DNA of 64,000 bases from Geosiphon pyriformis uo1 (Eukaryota; Fungi; Glomeromycota). The position numbers and the translations under genes were made by a program. Positions 51,721 to 63,374 of this stretch are shown here, piece after piece. How positions within the stretch are numbered: the stretch's first letter is position 1; every line of letters starts with the position of its first letter. The notes beneath the pieces were generated by a model that saw only the letters and a list, made by a program, of their open reading frames with translations, ran no database searches and was not told where the DNA came from. The DNA lies in the NCBI GenBank assembly GCA_016748015.1, contig JAAOMT010000617.1:1-64000 (forward strand), read 5' to 3'.

Positions 51721-54579
51721 ACGGTTATCTACACAATGAAGATAAGATTTGGTAAATGGCCAATACTAAAGTAGAAGGCATTTTATTTAATGAGATTCTA
51801 GAGATAAAGAACAACCCTTCAGAACCAGTTGATATCATTCTTATTCTCAATCTAGATGTATTTTTAGATATTGAAACAGGCCCAGAGAAATTCTATGAGC
51901 ATTACCAGAATTTGGCACCAATAAAATAAAAGCAGAAACAGCATTTAGAGAAAATAAACACTCAATTATGTAATCACTGTTTGATTCCATATGACTTCTA
52001 ATATTGTAATAAGTATGATTTCATTTACAATCTACCATCATGCATGATCTACACAATTCTAGAGGAAAAAAAAACCAATCTGCAGCTGTATATTAGAATC
52101 AGAATCACCATTCAATCTTGATTCAAACTCCAATAATAATAATAATGAAAAAAATGGTTCCAGCTTCATTCAAAATGGCAATTATGACAACAATAATTTA
52201 AACTCCAATTCAAATTCCAAACAATACATCGCACTTTCTGATCTCATCAAAGAACAAAAATTGAAATTATTCAGTGATAATAATGAAAATATTATGCCAG
52301 AATGTGTGCATGATACTAATACAGAGTTTAATTTAAGATATTCAAGAAAAAATGCCATCAAATTGGAACCACATTTGTGCACTTGCATTGATCTGAAAAT
52401 AGCACTGAAAATTTCAGCAACAACAATAATTCAGTTAGCATTCAGAAGTAGTTTAGTGAAAAAAAGATTAACATTAAAGGAGAAATAATTGACACAGGAT
52501 ATGTAAGAAATATTATTGTAATGCTATAAAATGACTCAAAAAAAGCTTATATAATAGAGCCAAAAAAAAAATAGCACAGGCAATATTTCTGTTTTTGGTT
52601 AAAATAGCTCAATTAGTATCAGTGAGAAACAGGAAAAAATTAGAGATTATAGCTAGAGAGATACAAAGATTTGGATCCATGAGTAGAATAGATGTACTAG
52701 TTAATATGGCAGAAAAAGATATTGTTGGCCAAGGAGAAATTATCTCAACTGGTTAAGCTATTTTCATCCCACCATATAGCCAGTACATGCTAGCAGTAGA
52801 AAGAAAGAAAAAAGACCAAGAACAAATTTTTGAAGCGGAAGCAAACCTTTGTGAATCAGGAGAGATTGGGTTGGTCAATCTCCACATACTAGCCAAAAGC
52901 TATAGCAGCATAAAAATTTTCATCTACAACAACACTGGCAATATCATCAACATACCAGAAAAAACTATCATCGGATATTTAACCACAGAAATAGAAAACC
53001 AACCACCAAACCCCATTTCAGACTTTCCACAACTATGTGAATATGTTGACATCACATCACAAACAATTTATGGACAAGACGAATGTTATTTGCTCTAACC
53101 AGAACAATTAGAACAAATGAACATAGGAAACTTAGATCTACTCCAATGTATACAGCTCAGGATGTTACTCAACAATTTCAATGACATCTTTGCCAGCAAA
53201 AATAAGTTTGGCCAAACTGTTATCATCCAGCATCAGATCAAGACTGGAGATGCAATGCCAATCAAACAAAAAGCATACAGAGTGCTGCCAGCCAGCCACA
53301 AGATTATTTGTCAAGAGATAAACAGAATGCTTGACAACAGGCTAATTTAACCATCAATGAGTCCATGGTCATCACCAGTGGTACTCGTTTATAAGAAAAA
53401 TAGAAAAATCCAGTTTTGTGTAGACTACAAGAAACTCAATAGAGTAATTCATGGAGACAGTTATCCAACTCCATGAATACAGAAATTATTCGATGCTTTC
53501 GGTGGGAACAAATGGTTCTCCACATTAGATTTGGACAACGGTTACTGACAAGTAGCCATGAATCCAGCTGACAAAGAGAAGACAGCATTTACTACTTGAG
53601 AAGGGAATTTTGAATTTGAAGTGATGCCATTCAGCTTAACTAATGTCCCAGCAACTTTCCAACAGCTAATAGAAATTGTTTACACTGGCTTATTGTGGAA
53701 ATCAGTAGTTGTATACTTGGACAACACCAATGTATTCTCAAAAACATTTGATGATCATCTTCATCATCTTCAACAAGTGTTTAAAAGACTAAGAAGAGCA
53801 GAACTAAAGTTAAATGCGACAAAGTGCTTCTTTGACAAGACAGAACTCAAATTCTTAGGACACATAGTCAGCAAAGATGGCATCAAAACAGATCCAGAGA
53901 AAATAGAGATAGTAAAGAACTTTCTAGTGCTGACCAATATAACAGAACTAAAATCATTCTTGGGATTCGCCAGCTACTATCATTGTTTTATCAAGAACTT
54001 TTCTAAGATAGCGCAGCCACTCAATCAACTGCAAAACAAAAATGCGAAATATAAATGGACAGAAAGTCAACAAGAAGCTTTTGATATTCTGAGGAAAAAG
54101 CTCATCCAAGCTCCAGTATTAATCTATCTAGATTACAGCAAACCATTCATCATCACCACTGATGCATCTGGCCAAGCATTGGGAGTAGTATTATCTCAGA
54201 GAGGACTGTACAGCAGAGAACATCTAGTAGCATATGCCAGTAAAGGTTTAACACCAGCCGAAAAGAACTATGGAACACCGGAACAAGAACACTTAACAAT
54301 ATACTGGGCTGTCATGAAATGGAAAGAATACTTGAGCCAAAAGTTTGAAGTATACACAGATCACAAGGGATTAACATCACTCCAAAAACAAGAATTTGAA
54401 GATGGAAGACAATCAAGATAAAAAATGGCACTCACATCATACAATTATACTATATATTACAAAAAGGGAAAAGACAACAGAAATGCTGACGGTTTATTGC
54501 AAATAAGACAAATCTAAAAACATTTCAACCCAAAAATATAAGAAAACCAGAACAATAGCAACAGAAAATACAACAAAAG

Positions 54580-55962
54580 ATGAACATACAAAAATATCAA
54601 CAATTGCAACATTATCTGAACATTCAACAGTTCAAGGAGAATTTATCTCATATGGAACAAAGGAGTATTAAACAACAATCAAAATATTTTATCACTCACC
54701 AAAATATACTTTATTGGAAAAATAGAAAAGATCCAGATTAACCAACCAGAGTAATTACAGAGCCAGAAAAAGAGACAATATTATTCAACATGCACTCAAA
54801 TCCAACAGTAGGACATTTTCACAAAGAAGCAACCATGGAAAGAACTAGAAAAAGTTATTATTGGCCATCAATATACCCAAACATCATTCAATATGTTCAA
54901 AATTGTGATGTTTGTCAGCAAAGAAGAGGAACAAAACCCAATGAACCATTAAAACCAATCAAAGTGAGACAACCATTTGATTATATGGGAATTGATTTAG
55001 TCAGACCATTAACAATCACCAGCAGAGGAAACAAATACATAGCAGTAGCTTTGGACTATCTTACTAAATGGCCAGAGGCAAAAGCAATTCAAAGAACAGA
55101 TGCAGAATCCATTGCCAAATTCATTTATCAGGATTTGATTTGTCAACATGGATGTCCAAAAGAATTATTATCAGACCAAGGAACTTATTTTGTGAACAGA
55201 ACATTAACAGAATTGAGCCAAAGATTCAGAATCAAGAGACCATTATCATCACCATACCATCTACAAACCAACGGATTAGTAGAAAGATTCAACAGAACAT
55301 TGTGTGAAGCAATAGCCAAGCTCAGCCAAGAAAACCAGAACGATTGGGATTTGTTTATACCATCAGTACTATTTGCTTATCGGACAACAAAACAGGATAC
55401 TACACAAGTAACACTATTTGAATTAGTATATGGGAGAATAGCAACGTTACCAGTAGAGAGAGAAATTAATACATATCCAGCTGAACCAATAACAGAAGAA
55501 AATTTTCAGGAAACATTGCTGAGAAAAACATATGACTTAATGGAAACATTGGAAAACAAACAAAAAAAAGCAGCTAATAATATCCAAAAGTCACAAAAAA
55601 CACAGAAAGAAAGACATGATAGTCAACTACCAGACAAACCAGTTGAATTCAAAATCAGAGACAAAGTATTACTACATTGTACCAAAGCGAAAAAACAATA
55701 GAGTGGAAAATTTGACCCCAAATGGGACAGACCATTTCACATAGAAGAAATTCTAGGAAATGGAGCTTACAAATTAAGATTGGATAACAAAATTTTAACC
55801 AAAGCAGCACATGGAGATTGACTGAAACCATATTACAACATCACACTACCATCTACCAGTAATATTCTACAATTAGGAGTACAGAAATTACTAGTCCAAC
55901 CAGATGAGATTCCACGAGATTTGGAACCAATCATTATTATTGATAACAACACATTAAATTGA
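54580..55962 (+). pseudogene. Integrase of element Y (own ATG)
   Basis: MNIQKYQQLQHYL...MHSNPTVGH...CDVC...GIDLV...SDQGT...NGLVERFN...WDRPF in one frame. Confidence 0.93.
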
Positions 55963-55986
55963 TCCAGCGAAAGAATATATAAAGAC

Positions 55987-56646
55987 ATGATAGACGCAAC
56001 AGGAAATATCAAAAAAATGGAAATTACAGACAATATTCACGCACTAGCACAACAACTCTTTCAATTAATCCAACACCAGGAAATGGAGATTACAATTAAT
56101 TGACAAACCATTCAATATCAAGATACTAGAAAGACATTTCAACTCAGAACACAAAAAAAAACTGAAAATACCATGGACAAAATCATGACAAAAGTAAAAT
56201 TAGCAGTAAAAGAATCGACAAAAGAGTCACTATATCAAGAGTTGACTAAAGAAACTTGGAATTGGTGAATACAACAATTTTCACAAAACTATTGTTATTT
56301 TCACTTGGGACAACATGTAAATATCCAGAATCTATATACGGATGAAACAAAGCGATTATTTGACAAAAAAATACTACAACAATTAGAACATTTTGTGAGA
56401 AAAAACAACTTATCCACACAAGCCCGAGCCATATACTGAATACACACAGTATTTCAGGATAAACCAGAAATATTGCTCAACAGAGAAATGGATATGGTTA
56501 CCAGTAATCAATTGGGAAAAATCACCAATGCTCAATTTAAAGAATTACAGACCCAAATAACACAAGTAATTCTCGAAAACAAAATCCAGGAAATACTTCA
56601 AGAGGGGGAATTACATGAGTTAGATTTCGACAGAGCTCAATATTAA
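55987..56646 (+). pseudogene. ORF3 accessory protein of element Y (219 codons, unknown function)
   Basis: ATG at 55987 to TAA at 56644-56646 with no frameshift. Three internal TGA codons are explicable as CGA>TGA. The stop abuts the PPT. Confidence 0.8.
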
Positions 56647-56659
56647 AAGGAGAGAATAA

Positions 56660-57561
56660 TGTTACTCATAGAAATATAGGAAATATATTAGCATAATTAT
56701 TAGCCAATCAGAAGTAAGCGTAATAAATGTGGAATTCCAGGATTCTTCTCAGGAATTGCAGGATTTCAGAAATTTCAGGATTCCCAATGAGGAATTGCAG
56801 AATTCCAGAATTCCAGGATTTCTCTCAAAGGAATCGCAGGATTTCAAGAATTCCAGAATTCCTGTCATGAAAAATCAAGGAATTGAGGAATCTCAATTAT
56901 GTATATATAGCAGTAGTATTAGAAACAGAAAGGAGAATTGATACCACAGAATTCTTAGCCTAGAAATGCAATCATCAAATAAAAATAATTATTTCATATC
57001 TCAAATTCACCCTACACTATCAACACTTTATGTTGATAGTAATTGATCCTTAATCACGCTGGAACAATAGCTCTTGATCACAGCTATTGATGGGATACTA
57101 ATCTGCAAATCGCCTTGGCTTATTTCTTTTGCTTTTTTTATTTTCTTTCTTTATTTCTTTTTCTTTATTTTATTTTGATTTGTTGTTGTGTACTAATTGA
57201 TAAAAGATTAAATGCTGAGTTATTGACATCAAGGATAGCCTGGTAAAAGACCCAGAAATAAGGGTAGGATTTATATATTATTGGATAGCTTACCAGAAGG
57301 GCATGACTGCCAGACTAAATCCAGTCACCACGCTGAGAAAAAAATTGGGAAAACTCTTGGAAAGATACATCTACCATTGACACTATTAAATCTCTGTTTA
57401 TTATACAAAGGACTCAACCAAAACCTTCAGATCCATCAAACCCTTCAGATACAACACCTTCAGATACCATACTTTTCACACATCATCCATGAAAGTAGCT
57501 TTTGAGCACCAAGTTACGGGTTTGTTATTTAATTCAACAGCAGAAATAATCACCTGTAACA
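56660..57561 (+). repeat. 3' LTR of element Y (902 bp)
   Basis: TGTTAC...GTAACA; CCAAT box (AGCCAATCAG ~56702), GGAATTCCA array ~56730-56862, TATATATAG ~56902. Confidence 0.95.
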
Positions 57562-58354
57562 CTGTCTAAATAAGAAATTGCTTGATGTTATGCAGCAGTA
57601 ATAGGTGTTTCACAACTCATCCAGTTGCTAATGAAAATCATGTATTAACATAATACGTTGCATGTTTCTCTTTAACCAAAAATGTTGTTTCATATTTTTT
57701 TGTCAAGTAAAGTTTTCCCACAAGCAAAACATGGTTTATTGTCCCATTTGCCTTGTTACTTTGGGTATTTATACTGTTTTCTGTAATATGATTTGTAATA
57801 ATAGTGGGTTTGCATCCAGTAATCTTCATTGGGTGTAATCCAAGCTTCCATAGAAGAAAGTATCTTGTTACAATCTTGGCATTTGAGTGGAATATATGAT
57901 GGTTGCTTCAGTGGTTTGTGTAAGTAAGATCTTTCTCAGCCACTAGTTATTTCTTCTGTAGTGGTGTTTTTTTCTGATGCATTCTCTTTCTTTCTTTTCT
58001 TTTTGTCATCCCAAGAAAATATTAATAGTAACTTATTGTGTTTGGTGTTAGCCCAGAAAACTTGGTAGACTTCTTAGGTAGGTTTTTTTTTTCTTTGAAT
58101 TTTATAAGTGGTGTTGGTGTTGTGTTCATCTGAAAGTGGCCACACATGACTGGTACATGTGTGTGTTAACTGTTCTGGCTGAGTTGGAGCTTTTGTGTGG
58201 TCCAATTAAGCACTATATTGGTTTTGGACAACCAATCATTACCAACTAATGCTTAGTATTGTATGGCTTCTATTACCAAAACTTTGATGAGTATGATGAT
58301 ACTATTGACTTCAAAGAAGAAGTTGTCAATTTTACCAATAAAAGTTTTGGTCAC

Positions 58355-59208
58355 TGTTATTTATAAAATATAGGAAGTATATTAGCATAGAAATTAGCCA
58401 ATCAAAAGTAGCTGTAATAAATGTGAAATTCCAGGATTCTTTTCAGAGAAATTGCAGGATTCTAGAAATTACAGAATTTTTATATGAAAAATTGCAGGAT
58501 TCCTCTTAAAGAAATTCCAAGATTCTAGGAATTCCAAGATTCCTGGTGCAAAAAATTGAGGAATTAAGGAATCTCAATTATGTATATATAGCAGTAGTAT
58601 TAGAAGAAGAAAAAAACAGACCTCTCAATTTAAATTTTATCTAAGCAACCTTTTCAAATTACAAATATTAATAAATAATTATTTGCTATCTCAATTCACT
58701 TTCCATTATCAACACTTCATGTTGATAGTAATTAATACTTGACCATACTGGAACAATAGCTCTTAATCACAGCTATTAACAGGATATTAACTTAATTGTC
58801 TTGGCTTAAACTTCTTTATATATATATTTTTTCTTTTATTTATATATTTATTTTTTGTTTGTTGTCTATTAATTGATTAAAAAATTAAAATGCTGAGTTA
58901 TTAACATCATGGATAGCTTGGTAAAAGATCCAGTAATAAGGGTAGAATTATATATATATTAACAGATAGCTTACCAGAAGGGCATGACTGCCAGATTAAA
59001 CTAGCCACTATGCTAAAAACAGAAATTAAGAAAACAACTTGAGAAATTAACCAAAACCAACCATAGTGAATCTCTGTCTATTATACAAAAAACTCAACCA
59101 AAACCTTCAGATCCATAACACCTTCAGAAATCAACATTATTATATCAATTGAGCACCAAGTTATGGGTTTGTTATTTGCTTTGAGACTCCAAATAATTAT
59201 CTATAACA
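58355..59208 (+). mobile_element. Solo family-1 LTR inserted in the protease of element X
   Basis: TGTTAT...ATAACA termini; TSD TCAC/TTAC; excision restores ARIITTNRVTKT in frame. Confidence 0.92.
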
Positions 59209-61778
59209 TTACTCTATTAGTTGTAATAATTCTGGCACTGACAGCTCAATCAACTCAACAACCTAATTGGTCTATAAGTTGTTGTGTAATGATGCTGACT
59301 GCTGAACCACTGTTCAAGATCTGTTTGATTGTTTGACCATTGACTTTGGTGTCAGTATACATTGCAGTGATGAGTTTTAATTCTAGGGTGGCTCTACTAA
59401 ATAGTAGTGTTTCAACTGGTTTCTCAAGTTCAAAGGGAAAGATAGTGATAAGTGATTTGTCTTCAGTAATAATTGCTAGTAGTATGTTGTTGGTAAGTGG
59501 CTGTTTTTGTTTAGCTTTCAAGTTGTTGGATGTGGCATCTTCTGGGATAATCAGAAGACTTAAATAGTGTTGGGAATTCAGATTTTGGATGTATCCAGTT
59601 CCTGAACTCCACTGGCATAATCTTAATGGCTGGTTTGATGAGCTGGGAATTGGTTGGTAGACAACCATTGCTAATCTTCAGTTTTAAGTAACTCTTAATT
59701 TGGGATTTTCTGATGTTATTTGAGCTGAATTTAGTAGTGATATTAGAATTTGTTGAGGTTAATATATTACTTGTGGCTGTAGTAGTTAATATATTATGGG
59801 CATTATTAGTTAATATATTGGAGATGAGTATAATTGCTGCATCATTGGTGCTTAATACATTGGTTAAGTCACTTGAGCATAATATGGTTGCTATTGATAA
59901 GATTCTGGTGATTAATTACTAATGTAATTCTGAGTTTGAAGTCAGTGATCAGAGTTTCAATACTGATTACTCAATCATTAATTACTTAACTATTTACAAT
60001 ATTCAAATTGCAAATATTCTTGTTTACCACAATAGTGGCACACACATGTTTTTTGCTGCTACTGTTGATTGGTTGAAGATAATAGGCGTGATTGATTTTG
60101 AAAACAATTTGCATTTCCCTGATTATTTTATCATTATGGAGATTGATAAATGGCTTGATTGTTAGCTAAGTATCCCTCTAATTTCTAATTGATTGATTCA
60201 CTGAATTGCTTTAGCTTGGAATTCAAGTTAAATAATCTGTTTATTACTAGATTTATGACTTGAGTGTAGTTAGCTTTAAATTCAGCTACTTCAAAATCTT
60301 TGGCATTTGTGACTATGGCTTGAAAATCTGCTGGATGTAATAGATGTATGCATTAAAAAATACTACTGTATAGGCTTCTGATGAATTGATTTAGAATTTG
60401 TGGTGCTGTAAAATAATCAGCTTGTATTGCCTGAATTTGGTGCAAATTTCTATAGAAGCATCTTAGGTAGGTAGTAACTGTCTCATTTTCTTCTTGTTTG
60501 ATAGTAGTAAAAGTATTAGCTAGACAATTAATACTATTATTGTTGTTAAAATATTGTAGAAATGCAAGCTTGAATGCATTGAAATCTTGAGGTTTGTTGG
60601 CCAAGCTTTAATATTATGAGTTGGCAGTATCCTGAAAAAAGTATGAGATAGCTTGTATGGCTTTGGCATTATTCCATCTATTGGCTACAATGGCTTTTTT
60701 GACATTGTTTAGTCACATCTGGGCATTATCCTCTTTGCCAGTAAATTTTTTAATCTTGGTAATTGGTTCATATGCTATTTGTTATTGTTGCTGTGACAGT
60801 TGTTGGAATAATTGCTGCAATTGTTGTTAATATTGTACTTGTGGCTATTAAATCAATTTAATTGGTGGCTGATTAATCACATTTATTGGAAGTAAGTTTT
60901 GTGGATTAATTATGTTGGAATTTGGATTGTTCTGATTTTAAGGGGTTTAAAGATTTGGAGTTTCAATTTTCAGATTTTCAAAAATTGGGTTTTGCTGAGT
61001 TTAAACATTCAGAGTTTTAATTTTTGGGTTTTTGACAATTGGGTTTTGGTAATTGAATTCCTAATTGTCATTTTCCTCTTTTTTTAATTTCGTTAATTCC
61101 CAAGAACTTGTGATTTTGAAATCTGGTGAAGGTAGTGAAAATTGAAATCCTAATAATATTGGTAATTGCGATTTAAATTTCTTAAAATATTTGCTGTAGA
61201 TTCCTAATAGATCAGTTTTTGATTGTTTATTTTGAAATGGTATTCATGCTAATAGGGTTTTTATGTTTGATGTAGATACATCTGCTGATAAGATGTTGAT
61301 GATGCTTTCCAGTGTATAGTGATATAATAAATTGGTTAATGATTTAAGTCTTGTTTTCTTTGAAGTATTACTGCTGGTGTTTGAAGTTTTTTTTGCCTTT
61401 ATTTGCGTAAGTGATTAAGTATCTTTGCTGAGTGTGATTTTCAATTTTTTTGTTGATTTCAATAAAGATTGCTGTGAAATTATGATTTGTTGATAGGCTG
61501 GTATTTTGGATTAATTTGTTATAGAAATTTTTTCTTGCTGAGTCAATTTTTACTGGTACTCTTAACAAATATGAAATTCTTTTATTGACATAGAAGTTAA
61601 AGGCTGATTCTGCTAATAAGTGATTGCTAGTTAATTCCAAGTGTTAACAGTAGTATTGGAATAAGGATTTGGTGAATCTTAAATAGTTTGTCCCTATTCT
61701 TTCTGGTTCTGCCACTTTTGAATAGTTGTTTGTTGGTAGTGGTTCTCTGTAGAATTAGACTTTACAGAAAGTACCAAA

Positions 61779-62637
61779 TGTTACAAGTGATTATTTGGGG
61801 TCTTAAAGCAAATAACAAATCCATAACTTGGTGCTTAATTGATATAATGATGTTGGTTTCTGAAGGTTTTTGTAATTTGAAGGTTTTGGTTAAGTTTTTT
61901 GTATAATAAACAGAGATTCAATGGTTGTTTTTAGTAGTCTCTCAGAATCACAATTCTGTCAAATTTCTTTTTTAGTATGGTAGCCAATAATTTGGCAGAG
62001 ATGCTCTTCTGGTAAGCTATCCTTAATGTATCAAACTTTATACTCTTCTTTTGAAGTCTTTTACCAGACTATTTTTGATGTCAATAACTCAGCACTTTAT
62101 TCTTTAATTAATTAGTTCACAATAAAAAATAAAAAATAACAGAAAAGAAAATAAAAGAAAAAAAAAATAAGCCAAGGCAATGAATGTTAATATCCTGTCA
62201 ATAGTCATAATTAAGAGCTATTGTTCTAGTGTGGTTAAAGATTAATAGCTATTAACATGAAGTGTTAATAGTGAATAATAGATTGAGATAGTCAATATTT
62301 ATTTATTAATATTTGTGATTTGAAAGATTGCTTAGATTAAATCTAAACTGAGAGGTCTGTCTTTTTTATTTCTAATACTACTGCTATATATGCATAATTG
62401 AGATTTCTTAATTCTTCGATTCTTCACACCAGAAATCTTGAAATTTTTGGAATCCTGCAATTCTTTTAAGAAAAATTCTGGAATTCTGGAATCCTGCAAT
62501 TTCTTGTACAAGAATCTTGAAATTCTTGGAATCCTGCAATTTCTCTAAGAAAAATTCTAAAATTCCACTTTTTACTATATCTATTTCTGATTGGCTAATT
62601 TATATGTTAATCTATTTCTTATATTCTTAGAGTAACA
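61779..62637 (-). repeat. 5' LTR of element X
   Basis: TGTTAC...GTAACA; adjacent to the decayed PBS and gag start. Confidence 0.92.
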
Positions 62638-63374
62638 ATGTGTAAATAAGATTTTAATCTGATAACAGTTTTTCTTAAGTATTTAAGATTAAATTCTGTA
62701 TTAGTATTATGTATTTATTCTGACATAATATCCTTATTATTATCATTAAATTATTTGAGTACTTGTTTTTTGGAAATATTTGGAAACATAATATATTGTT
62801 CAAGATTAGAATTAAGATTTGAATTGTTATTGCTGCTGTTATTATTGTGGATGGTATTAAAACCATTGTTGTTATTATTATTGAAGTTTGAATTAGGATT
62901 AAATTTGATTCTAATTTTAAAATACAGCTGCTGATTGGTTCTTTTTTTAAAAAATTAAATAGATCATATGTAATGATAAATTGTAAATAAAATTACAATC
63001 ATTACAATATTCAAAGTTACTGAAAATTAAGTAATATTTATAGAGTTTAATATTTAATTGTTTTAAACATTACTTTTGTTTTTTTTGAGTGGGTGTTAGG
63101 TCTTGGTAATGTTTGTAAAATTGTTTTAAATTACTCAAAATGTTAATAAAAATGTCTGAGTTTTGGATAAAAATGATTTTAATAGATTTTGGTAGTTTAT
63201 TTTTAATCATTAATATTTTGTTAGATGAAATGTTTTCAACTTTGGCACTTGTTATTCACCATATTTTGTTTTTGTTATGTGGATATCTATTCAAACATGA
63301 AAGTACTCAGTTCTATATAATATTGAATAGCATTTTTTTTTACCCAGTTACTAATAAAGATTATGTATTGGTAT

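Larger units (their letters stand above)
52721..57561 (+). mobile_element. Element Y 3' half (RT, RNase H, integrase, ORF3, PPT, 3' LTR)
   Basis: ORFs 53621-54421 and 54790-55701; RH stop 54515-54517; IN ATG 54580; PPT AAAAGGAGAGAA; LTR 56660-57561. Confidence 0.92.
41510..62637 (-). mobile_element. Element X: family-1 gypsy element inserted in the dUTPase of C; carries element Y, a solo LTR and an internal inversion
   Basis: Matching LTRs 41510-42468 and 61779-62637. TSD GTGT/ATGT. Decayed PBS at ~61760-61776. gag 60353-61640 and protease ~59255-59350 on the minus strand. Its Cys-rich/dUTPase piece now lies on the plus strand at 51721-52720. Confidence 0.88.
26441..63374 (-). mobile_element. 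Element C: old family-1 gypsy element split by nested insertions (pieces 26441-26830, 36789-41509, 62638-63374)
   Basis: Its 3' LTR is split by element B. IN/RH/RT remnants at 37274-41509. The dUTPase is split by element X and rejoins in frame (EKTVIRLKSYLH-TSIDL). The Cys-rich region is cut by another LTR at 63375. Confidence 0.85.

Noticed and set aside
55987-56646. ORF3 as a retroviral env, or a chromodomain at the IN C-terminus
   Set aside because: No signal peptide, furin site/fusion peptide or TM anchor visible. IN ends after the GPF module with no chromodomain aromatic-cage pattern.
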